Source: Acidimicrobiales bacterium (GTDB taxonomy: Bacteria > Actinomycetota > Acidimicrobiia > Acidimicrobiales > JAHEJN01). Taken from it: a DNA stretch of 64,000 nt. Of this stretch, positions 45,969-54,715 are shown in pieces (positions within the stretch are counted from its first letter, which is position 1; each line of letters opens with the position of its first letter). The position numbers and the translations under genes were made by a program. Location of the stretch: NCBI GenBank assembly GCA_024638845.1, contig JAHEJN010000002.1, forward strand, positions 838 through 64,837, given 5' to 3'. The notes under the pieces are model-generated. The model saw only the letters and a program-made list of their open reading frames with translations. It made no database searches and had not been told where the DNA came from.

Positions 45969-46253
45969 GTGGCACTCACCCTCCCGCACACCGTTACGAC
46001 CGGCGACTGGCGCGAGGTCTCGGCTTGCCGAGACACCGATCCGGAGCTGTTCTTCCCGGTGGGAACCACGGGATCTGCCGTCGATCAGATCGCCAGTGCC
46101 AAGGCCGTGTGCAATCAGTGCCCGGCGCGCGTCGAGTGTCTCGAGTTCGCGCTCGAGACCAATCAGGACTCCGGCGTCTGGGGCGGCGCGTCCGAGGAGG
46201 AACGCCGGGCGCTGCGCCGACTGGCACGACAGCGCCGCGCGGCAAGCAACTGA
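45969..46253 (+). CDS. whiB: WhiB family transcriptional regulator (WhiB1-like)
   Basis: CRDTDPELFFP...AKAVCNQCPARVECLEFAL...DSGVWGG.SE.ERR. The GTG start is preceded by GACAGGAGG. Confidence 0.95.
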   Translation: MALTLPHTVTTGDWREVSACRDTDPELFFPVGTTGSAVDQIASAKAVCNQCPARVECLEFALETNQDSGVWGGASEEERRALRRLARQRRAASN

Positions 46254-46277
46254 CCGAGGCCCAGGCCCCTCGGACGC

Positions 46278-47726
46278 TCAACACGGAAACGTGATGTCGA
46301 CGCGCGTGCCGGGACGATCCGGCGGACCACCCGCGGGCCGATAGGACACCGTCCCGTAGAGCTCCGACTCGACCAGGGTGGTCACGATCGTCATGCCCAA
46401 CCCGTTCGAGTCGGTCGCCAGAGGGGTGGCTCCCCGCCCATCGTCGCTCACGCTCACGCTCACCTGCTCGCCGTCGTTGGCCATGGCGATGGTCACCACG
46501 CCGCGGCCGATGCCGGGAGCCGCGAACGCATGCTCCACGGCGTTCTGCAGTAGCTCGGTGAGCACGATCGCGAGCTGAGTCGACTGGTCCGAGCGGAGCT
46601 CGCCGGCATCGCCATCGATGTGGAACTCGACCGGATGGGTCGGGCCGACCAGACCCTCCTCGACCAGTCGAACCAGGGTGCGCAGGATGTCGGCGAAGGG
46701 CATGGCGTCACCGGGATCCTGCGAGAGGATCTCGTGCACCACGGCAATCGACTGGATGCGGCGAACCGACTCGTCGATGGCCTGTTTCGCCGCCGGCTCG
46801 GTCAGGCGACGTCCCTGGAGCCGCAGCAGCGAGGAGATGGTCTGGAGGTTGTTCTTCACGCGGTGGTGGATCTCGGCAATCGAGGCGTCCTTGCTCATGA
46901 GCAGGCGATCGCGTCGCCGAAGGTCGGTGACATCGCGAACCAGCACGAGGCCACCGGTGAGGCATTGCGACTCGACGAGGGGGAGGCAGTAGACGAGGGC
47001 AATCGAGTCGTCGGTGGCCTCGAGCTCGTCGATCCCAGGCGAGAGTCTCGCCATGCCGCGCTCGATTCCCGGCGTCTCGAGTCCGATCGCCGCAAAGCTC
47101 CGGCCCTCGAGATCGCCGTCGTAGCCGAGGCCGACCAGCGTCGACCGTGCGTTCGGTGACACGAACTCGATGCGGCACTCCGGATCGATGACGAGCACCC
47201 CGTCGCCCACCCGGGGCATCTCGTCGACGTCGGCCCGTTCGGCGAAGGGGAACGCTCCCTCGGCGACCATACGATCGAGTCGGCGACACGCGGTGAAGTA
47301 AGCGATCTCGAGGTCACCCGGCGCGCGCTGCATGTCGGGCGAGAACTGTCGGGACAGGACTCCGATGAGCTCACCGTCGTGGCGAACCGGGATGTCGAGG
47401 ACGCGGATGCGCGGCGACTCGTCACGGAACAGGAGACCGCCGTCGACGACCTGGCCAATGGCGAAGGCCGACGCGAGCAACGGCCGGTCGTCGGAGACGA
47501 TCTGGCCGATGCGATCGTGGCGGTAGAGCGTCGGACCCGTCGTCGGCCGCACCTGATCGAGGATCACGAACGTTTCGGTCCGGTCGCGGACCTTGCCGAA
47601 CAACAAGATGTCGGCAAAGGAGAGATCGGCCAGCAGATCCCAGGCGCGAGTCAATCGTTGCAGGTGCGCGATCTGGTCGGGGCCGAGATCGGTGTGCTGC
47701 CGGGCCAGCTCGGCGAGTGAAGCCAC
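46278..47726 (-). CDS. Sensor histidine kinase, PdtaS-like (GAF/PAS, HisKA_2, HATPase)
   Basis: EIHHRVKNNLQTISSLLRLQ (HisKA_2 H-box) and LTELLQNAVEHAF...GLGMTIV. Confidence 0.85.
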   Translation of the reverse strand: MASLAELARQHTDLGPDQIAHLQRLTRAWDLLADLSFADILLFGKVRDRTETFVILDQVRPTTGPTLYRHDRIGQIVSDDRPLLASAFAIGQVVDGGLLFRDESPRIRVLDIPVRHDGELIGVLSRQFSPDMQRAPGDLEIAYFTACRRLDRMVAEGAFPFAERADVDEMPRVGDGVLVIDPECRIEFVSPNARSTLVGLGYDGDLEGRSFAAIGLETPGIERGMARLSPGIDELEATDDSIALVYCLPLVESQCLTGGLVLVRDVTDLRRRDRLLMSKDASIAEIHHRVKNNLQTISSLLRLQGRRLTEPAAKQAIDESVRRIQSIAVVHEILSQDPGDAMPFADILRTLVRLVEEGLVGPTHPVEFHIDGDAGELRSDQSTQLAIVLTELLQNAVEHAFAAPGIGRGVVTIAMANDGEQVSVSVSDDGRGATPLATDSNGLGMTIVTTLVESELYGTVSYRPAGGPPDRPGTRVDITFPC

Positions 47727-47747
47727 ACCGCGAATGCTAGGCGGGCC

Positions 47748-48917
47748 TCAGCCCGCCCGATCGCGGAAAAGCGCCTCGCCCATTCGGAGCAGACCATCGA
47801 GATCGTGGACGTCGTCATCGAAGAAGGGGATCTGCACGGTGGCGTCGGCCGAGAAGCTCAGCTCGGCGAGCATCTCGGCCTCGCGTGTCGCCGGTACCCG
47901 GAAGTTGAGGTAGCTCTCACCGACGTCGGCGAGCACTGCGCTCAGCGCCGCTGGATCGGTGTCAGGCAGCGCCAGACGCCGCGCGAGGTCGGGCGCGTCC
48001 TTGACCATGGCCCGGGCGGCCGTCGCCCCGCCTCGCTGGCGCAGCACTTCCGGCAGCACCCGGTTCAAGACGAGGCCACCGAGGTGCAGCTTGCGTTCGG
48101 CCAGCGCCTCGATGAAGAACTCGGCCTCGGTGACCGATGCCGACTCGAGCGTGCTCACCACCACGAAGGTGGTGCGCCGGTCTCCGACCGTTCGTTCGAC
48201 CGCACGTGCCCGTTCGACGAAGCCCTTGTGCATCGTCTGGAACAGCACGAAGAACTCGGCGATGTCGCGAAGGAAGTCGGAGCCGAGCACTCGATCGGCC
48301 ACCGTGTAGAACGGCCTCGACGCAACCGTGACGATGCGGGAGCGGTACGGCACTGTGAGCCAGCGCAGGAGACGACTCGAGAAGAAGTCGCCCATTCGCC
48401 GGGGCGCCTCGAGGAAGTCGATCGCGTTCCTCGATGGTGGGGTGTCGACCACGATGAGGTCGTAGTCGCCGGTCGCGTGCAGCTCGTGCAGCCGCTCCAT
48501 CGCGATGTAGTCGTGGCTCTGCACGAATCGGCGCGTGATGTTCTCGTACAGCGGATTGTCGAGAATCGCTGTGCGCACCTCGTCGTCGGGAGCATGGGCC
48601 CGGACCAGGTCGTCCCACGATGCCTTGGTGTCGAGCATGGCGGCCCAGAGCTCCCCTCGGGGCTCGAGGCCGATCGCCGCGAACGCTTCATCGGGAACAC
48701 GGGTCGCCTGGTTGCCGAGGGCGCCGACACCGAGCGCGGTGGCCAGACGCCGAGCAGGGTCGACCGTGAGCACCAGCACCCGGCCACCCAGTTGGGAGCC
48801 GGCCATCAGCGCCGCCGAGGCCGCCACGGTGGTCTTGCCGACGCCTCCGGGGCCGCACACGATCACGATCTCGCGGCTGGCGAGGACGCGTTCGAAGGCC
48901 GAGGCTTCTGCGCTCAT
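47748..48917 (-). CDS. ArsA/Get3-like ATPase (paralog 2)
   Basis: The Met at 48917 gives ...IVIVCGPGGVGKTTVAA (P-loop) and VDTPPS. Its start overlaps the upstream stop (ATGA). Confidence 0.8.
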   Translation of the reverse strand: MSAEASAFERVLASREIVIVCGPGGVGKTTVAASAALMAGSQLGGRVLVLTVDPARRLATALGVGALGNQATRVPDEAFAAIGLEPRGELWAAMLDTKASWDDLVRAHAPDDEVRTAILDNPLYENITRRFVQSHDYIAMERLHELHATGDYDLIVVDTPPSRNAIDFLEAPRRMGDFFSSRLLRWLTVPYRSRIVTVASRPFYTVADRVLGSDFLRDIAEFFVLFQTMHKGFVERARAVERTVGDRRTTFVVVSTLESASVTEAEFFIEALAERKLHLGGLVLNRVLPEVLRQRGGATAARAMVKDAPDLARRLALPDTDPAALSAVLADVGESYLNFRVPATREAEMLAELSFSADATVQIPFFDDDVHDLDGLLRMGEALFRDRAG

Positions 48918-49852
48918 ACGGTGAAGATCTCGTCGGCAAGAGCCTCGCCGATCTTGTGGGTGGTGCGGAGGCCATGAGTGCGAGTGAACAGGAACGGAAC
49001 GTTCATCAGAGGCACCTGCGGAGGGAGCCCGGCGCGCAGCCGGGCGATGTGGGCCGCCCGGCTGCGGCGGAGACGGACCGCGAGCTGGGCACCGGCAAGG
49101 ACGGGCTCGGCGCCGGGACCGAGCTCGCCGACCAGTCGGTCGCGGTGATCGAGAAGCGTGTCGAACACGGCCTCCTCCCGCTGACCGAACAGCTCGGGCA
49201 GCACGCGGTTCATCACCACACCGGCCAGCGCCACAGAGGTCTCCGCATCGAGCTGCCCGATGAGCTCCAGCGTCTCGGTCACCGGCATCTCCTCGGGTGT
49301 GGCCACCACGATGGCGCCGGTCTGGGCCGGATCGGTCAGGATCTCGAGCATCCATTCGGTCTGCTGGCGCACCAGGCCCACCTGTACGAGATCCCTGATC
49401 GCCGACGGGGCCGCCAGCTGGCCGATGATGTGGCCAGTGGCCGAGGCGTCGACGACGACGAGATCGTAGTGATCCTCGCGGACCTCGTAGGCGAGCTTGC
49501 CGACGATGAGGATCTCCTTCACCCCCGGCGCCGCGTTGGCGACGAAATCGAAGCTGCGAGCCACCGGCCCGATGCGTCCGATCAGCGGCACGCGGACGTG
49601 GAGCTTGAGGTACTCACGAAGCGAAGCCTCGGTGTCCATGACCATGGCGTGGAGCCCGGGCGCGACTTCGCGTTCATCGAAGCTGAGCGGGGCGGTTTCG
49701 AACGCAGCAGCCAGCCCACCCGTGGCATCGACCTCGCACACGAGCGTCCGCTTCCCCTCCCGGGCGGCGAGGAAGGCCAGCGCAGCCGCGATGGTGGTCT
49801 TGCCGACACCGCCCTTTCCGGTGACGAAGAGCAGGCGCTTGTCGAGCAGCAT
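48914..49852 (-). CDS. ArsA/Get3-like ATPase (paralog 1)
   Basis: LLFVTGKGGVGKTTIAAALA and VVVDASATGH. Confidence 0.85.
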   Translation of the reverse strand: MLLDKRLLFVTGKGGVGKTTIAAALAFLAAREGKRTLVCEVDATGGLAAAFETAPLSFDEREVAPGLHAMVMDTEASLREYLKLHVRVPLIGRIGPVARSFDFVANAAPGVKEILIVGKLAYEVREDHYDLVVVDASATGHIIGQLAAPSAIRDLVQVGLVRQQTEWMLEILTDPAQTGAIVVATPEEMPVTETLELIGQLDAETSVALAGVVMNRVLPELFGQREEAVFDTLLDHRDRLVGELGPGAEPVLAGAQLAVRLRRSRAAHIARLRAGLPPQVPLMNVPFLFTRTHGLRTTHKIGEALADEIFTV

Positions 49853-49879
49853 GGGCGCGGTGACGATCGGGGCCGTCGT

Positions 49880-50113
49880 TCAGGCGCCGAATCCGATGCG
49901 GCCGGTAGCAGCCTTGGGGGTGAGGTCGACCCAACCGATGCGCTCGACGGGCACGCCGATCTGGCGATCGCGCTTGTCGGTGAGCCAGAGGACACCCTCG
50001 CCGGCGGCGAGGACGGCGTCGATGTCGTCGCGGAGGCTGTCGAAATCGGTTTCGGGGTCCATCTCGACCTCGAGCTCCTTGGGGGTGTGCAGCACTCCGA
50101 TACGTACGTTCAT
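49880..50113 (-). CDS. DUF3107 family protein
   Basis: MNVRIGVLHTPKELEVEMD...VLWLTDKRDRQIGVPVERIGWVDL. This is the only plausible part of the 678-aa ORF 49880..51916. Confidence 0.65.
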   Translation of the reverse strand: MNVRIGVLHTPKELEVEMDPETDFDSLRDDIDAVLAAGEGVLWLTDKRDRQIGVPVERIGWVDLTPKAATGRIGFGA

Positions 50114-50127
50114 GACGGCCTCCGGCC

Positions 50128-51270
50128 TCAGACGATCTTCAACTCGGGATGGAACCGGCGGGTGGGCGCCAGCTCGTCGGCAATGACCGTAGCCATGTGG
50201 GCGAAGATCGTCGCGGCCTCGCTGTCGGGGTCGGTCACGGTGATGGGGAGACCGCTGTCGCTGCCCGCTCGCAGCGCCGGCACGAGCGGCACCCTGCCGA
50301 GCAGAGGCACTTCGAGTCGTTCGGCCAGGTCGTGGCCGCCCCCGGAGCCGAAGATGTCGTACCTCGTGCCGTCGTCGCCGGTGAACCACGACATGTTCTC
50401 GATGACGCCCTTGACCTCGAGGTTCACCTTCTGAGCCATGAACGCGGCGCGCTGGGCCACTCGTTGGGCGGCAGGCTGGGGCGTGGTGACGACATAGACC
50501 TCGGCACGGGGCAGGAACTGGGCAAGCGACAGCGAGATGTCGCCGGTGCCCGGGGGCAGGTCGACGAGGAGGAAGTCGGGGTCGTCCCAGAACACGTCGG
50601 TCAGGAACTGCTCGAGTGCCTTGTGCAACATGGGACCGCGCCAGATGACGGGCTGATCGTCCCTGGCGAAGAAGCCCATCGAGATCACGTGCACACCGTG
50701 GCTGAGCGGAGGAACCAGCATGTCGTCGATGACAACGGGTGGCCGGTCGACACCCAACATGCGCGGAATGGAGAAGCCCCACACGTCGGCATCGACGACG
50801 GCGACCTTGTGGCCCTGCTGGGCCAGCGACACGGCCAGGTTGGTGGTGACCGACGACTTGCCGACGCCACCCTTGCCCGAGGCGATGAGCAGACAACGGG
50901 TCTTCGACGCCGGATCGGCAAACGGAATGAGCCGACCCTCGGCATGCCCGTGCCCGTCCTGGGAGCCGGCGGTGGCCGCGGGATCGCCGATCATCATCTC
51001 CCGCACCTTGGCGCGCTGCTCGTCGGTCATGACCCCGAACCGGAGGTCGACATCGGTGACGTCGGCGAGGGCCGTGAGGGCGTCGGTGACCCGCGTCTGG
51101 ATCTCGTTCCGCAGCGGGCAACCCGAAATGGTGAGGGTGACCTCGAGCGAGACGGTTGCGCCGGAGACCGAGACGTCGTGGACCATGCCGAGGTCGACGA
51201 TGCTCCGATTCAGCTCGGGATCCTGGACCGGACGCAGGGCTTCGATCACCTGGTCGGTGGTGGCGGCCAT
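50128..51270 (-). CDS. mrp: Mrp/ApbC family Fe-S cluster carrier ATPase with an N-terminal DUF59
   Basis: The Met at 51270 is followed by DUF59 (VQDPELNRSIVDLGMV), a deviant Walker A SGKGGVGKSS, and the CxxC-equivalent region. Confidence 0.9.
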   Translation of the reverse strand: MAATTDQVIEALRPVQDPELNRSIVDLGMVHDVSVSGATVSLEVTLTISGCPLRNEIQTRVTDALTALADVTDVDLRFGVMTDEQRAKVREMMIGDPAATAGSQDGHGHAEGRLIPFADPASKTRCLLIASGKGGVGKSSVTTNLAVSLAQQGHKVAVVDADVWGFSIPRMLGVDRPPVVIDDMLVPPLSHGVHVISMGFFARDDQPVIWRGPMLHKALEQFLTDVFWDDPDFLLVDLPPGTGDISLSLAQFLPRAEVYVVTTPQPAAQRVAQRAAFMAQKVNLEVKGVIENMSWFTGDDGTRYDIFGSGGGHDLAERLEVPLLGRVPLVPALRAGSDSGLPITVTDPDSEAATIFAHMATVIADELAPTRRFHPELKIV

Positions 51271-51334
51271 GGTGCACTCCTGTGTCAGACGGGGACGAGC
51301 TCTGGCCGAGACCCGTGGGCCGTACACTAGCGAT

Positions 51335-52048
51335 GTGGATCGACCACCCCTCACGCCCACCGAGTTCGCCAGCGCCGTCACGGCGATCACCTCCGCGTTC
51401 GGCGATCCGACCCGCCGCGACATCTATCTCTTCGCCGCCGAGCACCCCGAGGGCATCACCGCGGCGGAGGCCGCCAAGCAGTTCGACCTGCATCCGAACG
51501 TCGCCCGCCACCACCTCGACAAGCTCGCCGGCGGCGCGTATCTCGACATCGACACCGCGCCGCGGCAGGGCGCAGGCCGGCCATCGAAGCGTTACCGCGC
51601 CACCACCAGCGGAGTGAACCTCGAGTTCCGGGTCGCCCACCACGATGTCCTGGTCACCCTGTTGGGCCGGGCGCTGGCGATGCTTCCGCCCGAGCAGGCC
51701 GAGGCCATGGCCGAAGAGGTCGGTGCCGAGTACGGCAAGACCATGGCGGCATCCTTCGGCGGCGAGGGCGAGATCTCCCGCTCGTTCCGGTCCTCGCTGC
51801 ACGCAGTGGCCGATGCGCTGACGGCCAACGGCTTCTCGGCCCACGCCGAGAAGGACGGCGATCAGTTGCGCATCGTCAGCGAGAACTGCCCCTTCGGCGG
51901 TGCGGCCATCGAACACCCGGTCATCTGTGCGGTCGACCGGGGCATGGTGCGGGGCATGTTGGGCGAGTTGTGGGGCGAGTCCTCACCGGCCCTGTCCGCG
52001 TCGCTGCCGATGGGCGACGACGTGTGCGTCACCGCCGTCGACTTCTGA
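51335..52048 (+). CDS. Helix-turn-helix (ArsR-like) transcriptional regulator
   Basis: GDPTRRDIYLFAAEHPEGITAAEAAKQFDLHPNVARHHLDKL, with C-terminal Cys residues (NCPF, ICAVD). The start (GTG 51335) is tentative. Confidence 0.7.
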   Translation: MDRPPLTPTEFASAVTAITSAFGDPTRRDIYLFAAEHPEGITAAEAAKQFDLHPNVARHHLDKLAGGAYLDIDTAPRQGAGRPSKRYRATTSGVNLEFRVAHHDVLVTLLGRALAMLPPEQAEAMAEEVGAEYGKTMAASFGGEGEISRSFRSSLHAVADALTANGFSAHAEKDGDQLRIVSENCPFGGAAIEHPVICAVDRGMVRGMLGELWGESSPALSASLPMGDDVCVTAVDF

Positions 52049-52055
52049 GCCGACC

Positions 52056-52970
52056 GTGGCCATCGAGTTCCTCACGTGGTCCGACGTCGAACACGGTCGT
52101 TGTGACACGGTCTCGCCGCTGATCCGGCGGGTGATCGCGCCGAACCCCGGCCCGTACACCTACACCGGTACCGGCACCTACATCGTCGGCCACGGCGAGG
52201 TGGCCATCATCGATCCCGGGCCCGACGACGACACCCATGTCGATGCCCTCCTTGCCGCCACCGCCGGCGAGACCGTGAGCCACATCGTGGTCACCCACAC
52301 CCATCGGGACCACTCACCGGCCAGCCGGGCCCTGGCATCGGAGACCGGCGCCGCCATCGTGGGTTGCGCTCCTCATCCGCCGGAGGACACAGGGAGCGAC
52401 CTCCACGAGGGCGAGGCTGACGACGGCGTGGCGGGCGAGGAACCGGGCGATTTCCACTTCCTCGCCGATCGCGAGCTGCATCATGGCGACCGTGTACGCG
52501 GCACCTCCTTCACCCTCGAAGCGGTCGCGACCCCGGGTCACATCTCCAACCACCTCTGCTTCGCTCTGGTCGAGGAAGAAGCGCTGTTCACCGGCGATCA
52601 CGTCATGGGCTGGTCGACAACGGTCATCCCCCAGCCGGCGGGTGATCTCCGTCAGTACCTCCGCTCGCTGGAGCTGGTCATCGAACGCTCCGACGAGCGG
52701 TTCCTCCCGACCCACGGGCCGGTGATCGACGAGCCGGTGCGGTTCGCCGAGGCACTGCTCGCCCACCGGCGACAACGCGAGCGTCAGATCGTCGAGCAGC
52801 TCCGCCTCGGAAGCCGGTCGATTCCCGAGATCGTCGCGGCCCTCTACGTCGGTCTCGACGAGCGACTGCATCGGGCGGCCGGAGCCTCGGTGCAGTCCCA
52901 TCTCGTGGCGCTGTGCGCCGACGGCACCGTCGACCACGACGCCGACGGCGACACCTACCGACTGTCCTGA
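52056..52970 (+). CDS. MBL fold metallo-hydrolase
   Basis: VTHTHRDH (HxHxDH) and a TPGH later. Confidence 0.85.
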   Translation: MAIEFLTWSDVEHGRCDTVSPLIRRVIAPNPGPYTYTGTGTYIVGHGEVAIIDPGPDDDTHVDALLAATAGETVSHIVVTHTHRDHSPASRALASETGAAIVGCAPHPPEDTGSDLHEGEADDGVAGEEPGDFHFLADRELHHGDRVRGTSFTLEAVATPGHISNHLCFALVEEEALFTGDHVMGWSTTVIPQPAGDLRQYLRSLELVIERSDERFLPTHGPVIDEPVRFAEALLAHRRQRERQIVEQLRLGSRSIPEIVAALYVGLDERLHRAAGASVQSHLVALCADGTVDHDADGDTYRLS

Positions 52971-53000
52971 GCCGATTGCCCCGAGCCCCCGGGCCTCCGG

Positions 53001-53744
53001 TCAGTTCTCGAGCTCGGCGAACCGGGAGAGGTCGATGTCGCACTCCTCGAAGGCCTGGAAGATCAGGTTCGGATCGTCGCTCGAGGCCAGGAGATCGCCC
53101 CCGAGCGCGTTGGCCAGGCACTCGGCCTCGCCCTGGGAGAACCCGGCGCTCACCAGACTTTCGATGATGATGTCGCCAACCGTACCGTCGGTGGGCAGCT
53201 CGAGATCGTCGCCCGAGGAGTCGTCGGCAGGGGGTTCATCGACCGTCGAGGGCTCGTCGGGGTCGACAATGCCGCACGTGTCGCGCAGGTAGGCCTCGAT
53301 CTTGGCGCTGGCCTCGGTGTACTTGGGATCGTCCAGCAGCTCGATGGTGGCGAGGTCGACGTTCATGAAGTCGTAGTCGGCCGCACGGAAGGCCTCGAAG
53401 ATCAGCTGGAACCCCTCGACCGATGTCGCGACAGCGTCGGCGATCTCGGACGGTGCCCCCTGCTTGATGCTCTCGAACTGGCCGGAGATCTCCTCGTAGG
53501 CCGCCTCGATGACCTCGGGCGAGGGCGGCACATCGCTGTCCAGCACGTTGATGGAGTCGTCGAAGACCTTCGCCCGCGCACACCAGTCGCCGCCGTCACC
53601 GTCGAAGATGCTGTCGCCGGCGTCACCGCTCTCGACGGAACTGTCGGCCTCGTCGTCGCCGACCGACAGGCTCGCACCATCACCGTTGCTACACGCCGTT
53701 GCTGCCAACACGAGTGCTACCGCGAGCACCAAGAGCTTCTTCAT
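53001..53744 (-). CDS. Acidic secreted lipoprotein with a C-terminal two-Cys module
   Basis: MKKLLVLAVALVLAATACSNGDG (lipobox), with C-terminal GFSQGEAECLANAL...FEECDIDL. Confidence 0.7.
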   Translation of the reverse strand: MKKLLVLAVALVLAATACSNGDGASLSVGDDEADSSVESGDAGDSIFDGDGGDWCARAKVFDDSINVLDSDVPPSPEVIEAAYEEISGQFESIKQGAPSEIADAVATSVEGFQLIFEAFRAADYDFMNVDLATIELLDDPKYTEASAKIEAYLRDTCGIVDPDEPSTVDEPPADDSSGDDLELPTDGTVGDIIIESLVSAGFSQGEAECLANALGGDLLASSDDPNLIFQAFEECDIDLSRFAELEN

Positions 53745-53838
53745 GCGAGGGATCCCGACCTTCCGACTGAATCGACGATGAGAGAGAAGACCCTAGTAAA
53801 GCTTGCGCCCCAGTTGGTGCCGCGGGGCAGCTGAGCAC

Positions 53839-54210
53839 TCAGTCGGCGGGAGCTCCCCCGAGCTCCACCAGTCGGTCGAGGCCGACCGTGCACGACGCGT
53901 AGACGTCGATCAGCTCGTCGGGGCTGGCCGAGACCATCGCGGCGATGGTGAGCGACCGGGCCAGACAGTTGGCCTCGGCGGCGCTGAACCCGTCGTTCAC
54001 GAGCCGTTCGAACACGACTTCGTCGCGCCCACCGTCGGGGATCGGGACATCGTCGGCGCCGTCCAGCGGGGCGACTGTCGTCGTCGGCGGTTCGATCTCG
54101 GACTCGAGGCTCGGCGCAGAGCTCGGACCCGCGCTGCACCCGAACGCGACTGCGGTGAGCAGCGCGAGCGCCGTCTTCGACGCCGGACCGGTTCGGGACG
54201 TGCAGGTCAT
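53839..54210 (-). CDS. Small lipoprotein with the same C-terminal two-Cys module
   Basis: The Met at 54210 gives ...ALALLTAVAFGCSAG (lipobox), with C-terminal GFSAAEANCLARSL...YASCTVGL. Confidence 0.6.
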   Translation of the reverse strand: MTCTSRTGPASKTALALLTAVAFGCSAGPSSAPSLESEIEPPTTTVAPLDGADDVPIPDGGRDEVVFERLVNDGFSAAEANCLARSLTIAAMVSASPDELIDVYASCTVGLDRLVELGGAPAD

Positions 54211-54265
54211 GACCGGGAATCGTGGCATGGATGCACGTCGAGGACCATGGCGGTACCGTTCGAGC

Positions 54266-54709
54266 ATGGCCTCCGACCGGTTTCTGGCGGCTGCGATCGC
54301 CGAGGCTCAGACCGGCAGGAGCGAGGGCGGCATCCCGATCGGGTCGGTGCTCGTGATCGACGACGAGATCGTCGGCCGCGGTCACAATCGGCGGGTTCAA
54401 CGAGGATCCGTCGTCCTCCACGGCGAGATGGACTGTCTGGAGAACGCGGGTCGGCTCCCCGCCGCCGCCTACCGGCGCTCGACCATCTACACCACGTTGT
54501 CGCCGTGCGACATGTGTACGGGGGCGATCCTGCTGTACGGAATCCCTCGCGTGGTCGTGGGCGAGAACCGCACCTTCGTCGGAGGGGAGGCACTGCTCCG
54601 GTCTCGTGGCATCGAGGTCGACGTGGTCGACGATCGGGAGTGCGTGACCTTGATGCGCGACTTCATCACTGCGCATCCGAGCCTGTGGAACGAGGACATC
54701 GGCGAATGA
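54266..54709 (+). CDS. Cytidine/deoxycytidylate deaminase-fold nucleoside/cytosine deaminase
   Basis: HGEMDCLE (H-x-E) and PCDMCTGAI (PCxxC). Confidence 0.9.
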   Translation: MASDRFLAAAIAEAQTGRSEGGIPIGSVLVIDDEIVGRGHNRRVQRGSVVLHGEMDCLENAGRLPAAAYRRSTIYTTLSPCDMCTGAILLYGIPRVVVGENRTFVGGEALLRSRGIEVDVVDDRECVTLMRDFITAHPSLWNEDIGE

Positions 54710-54715
54710 GCCGGC

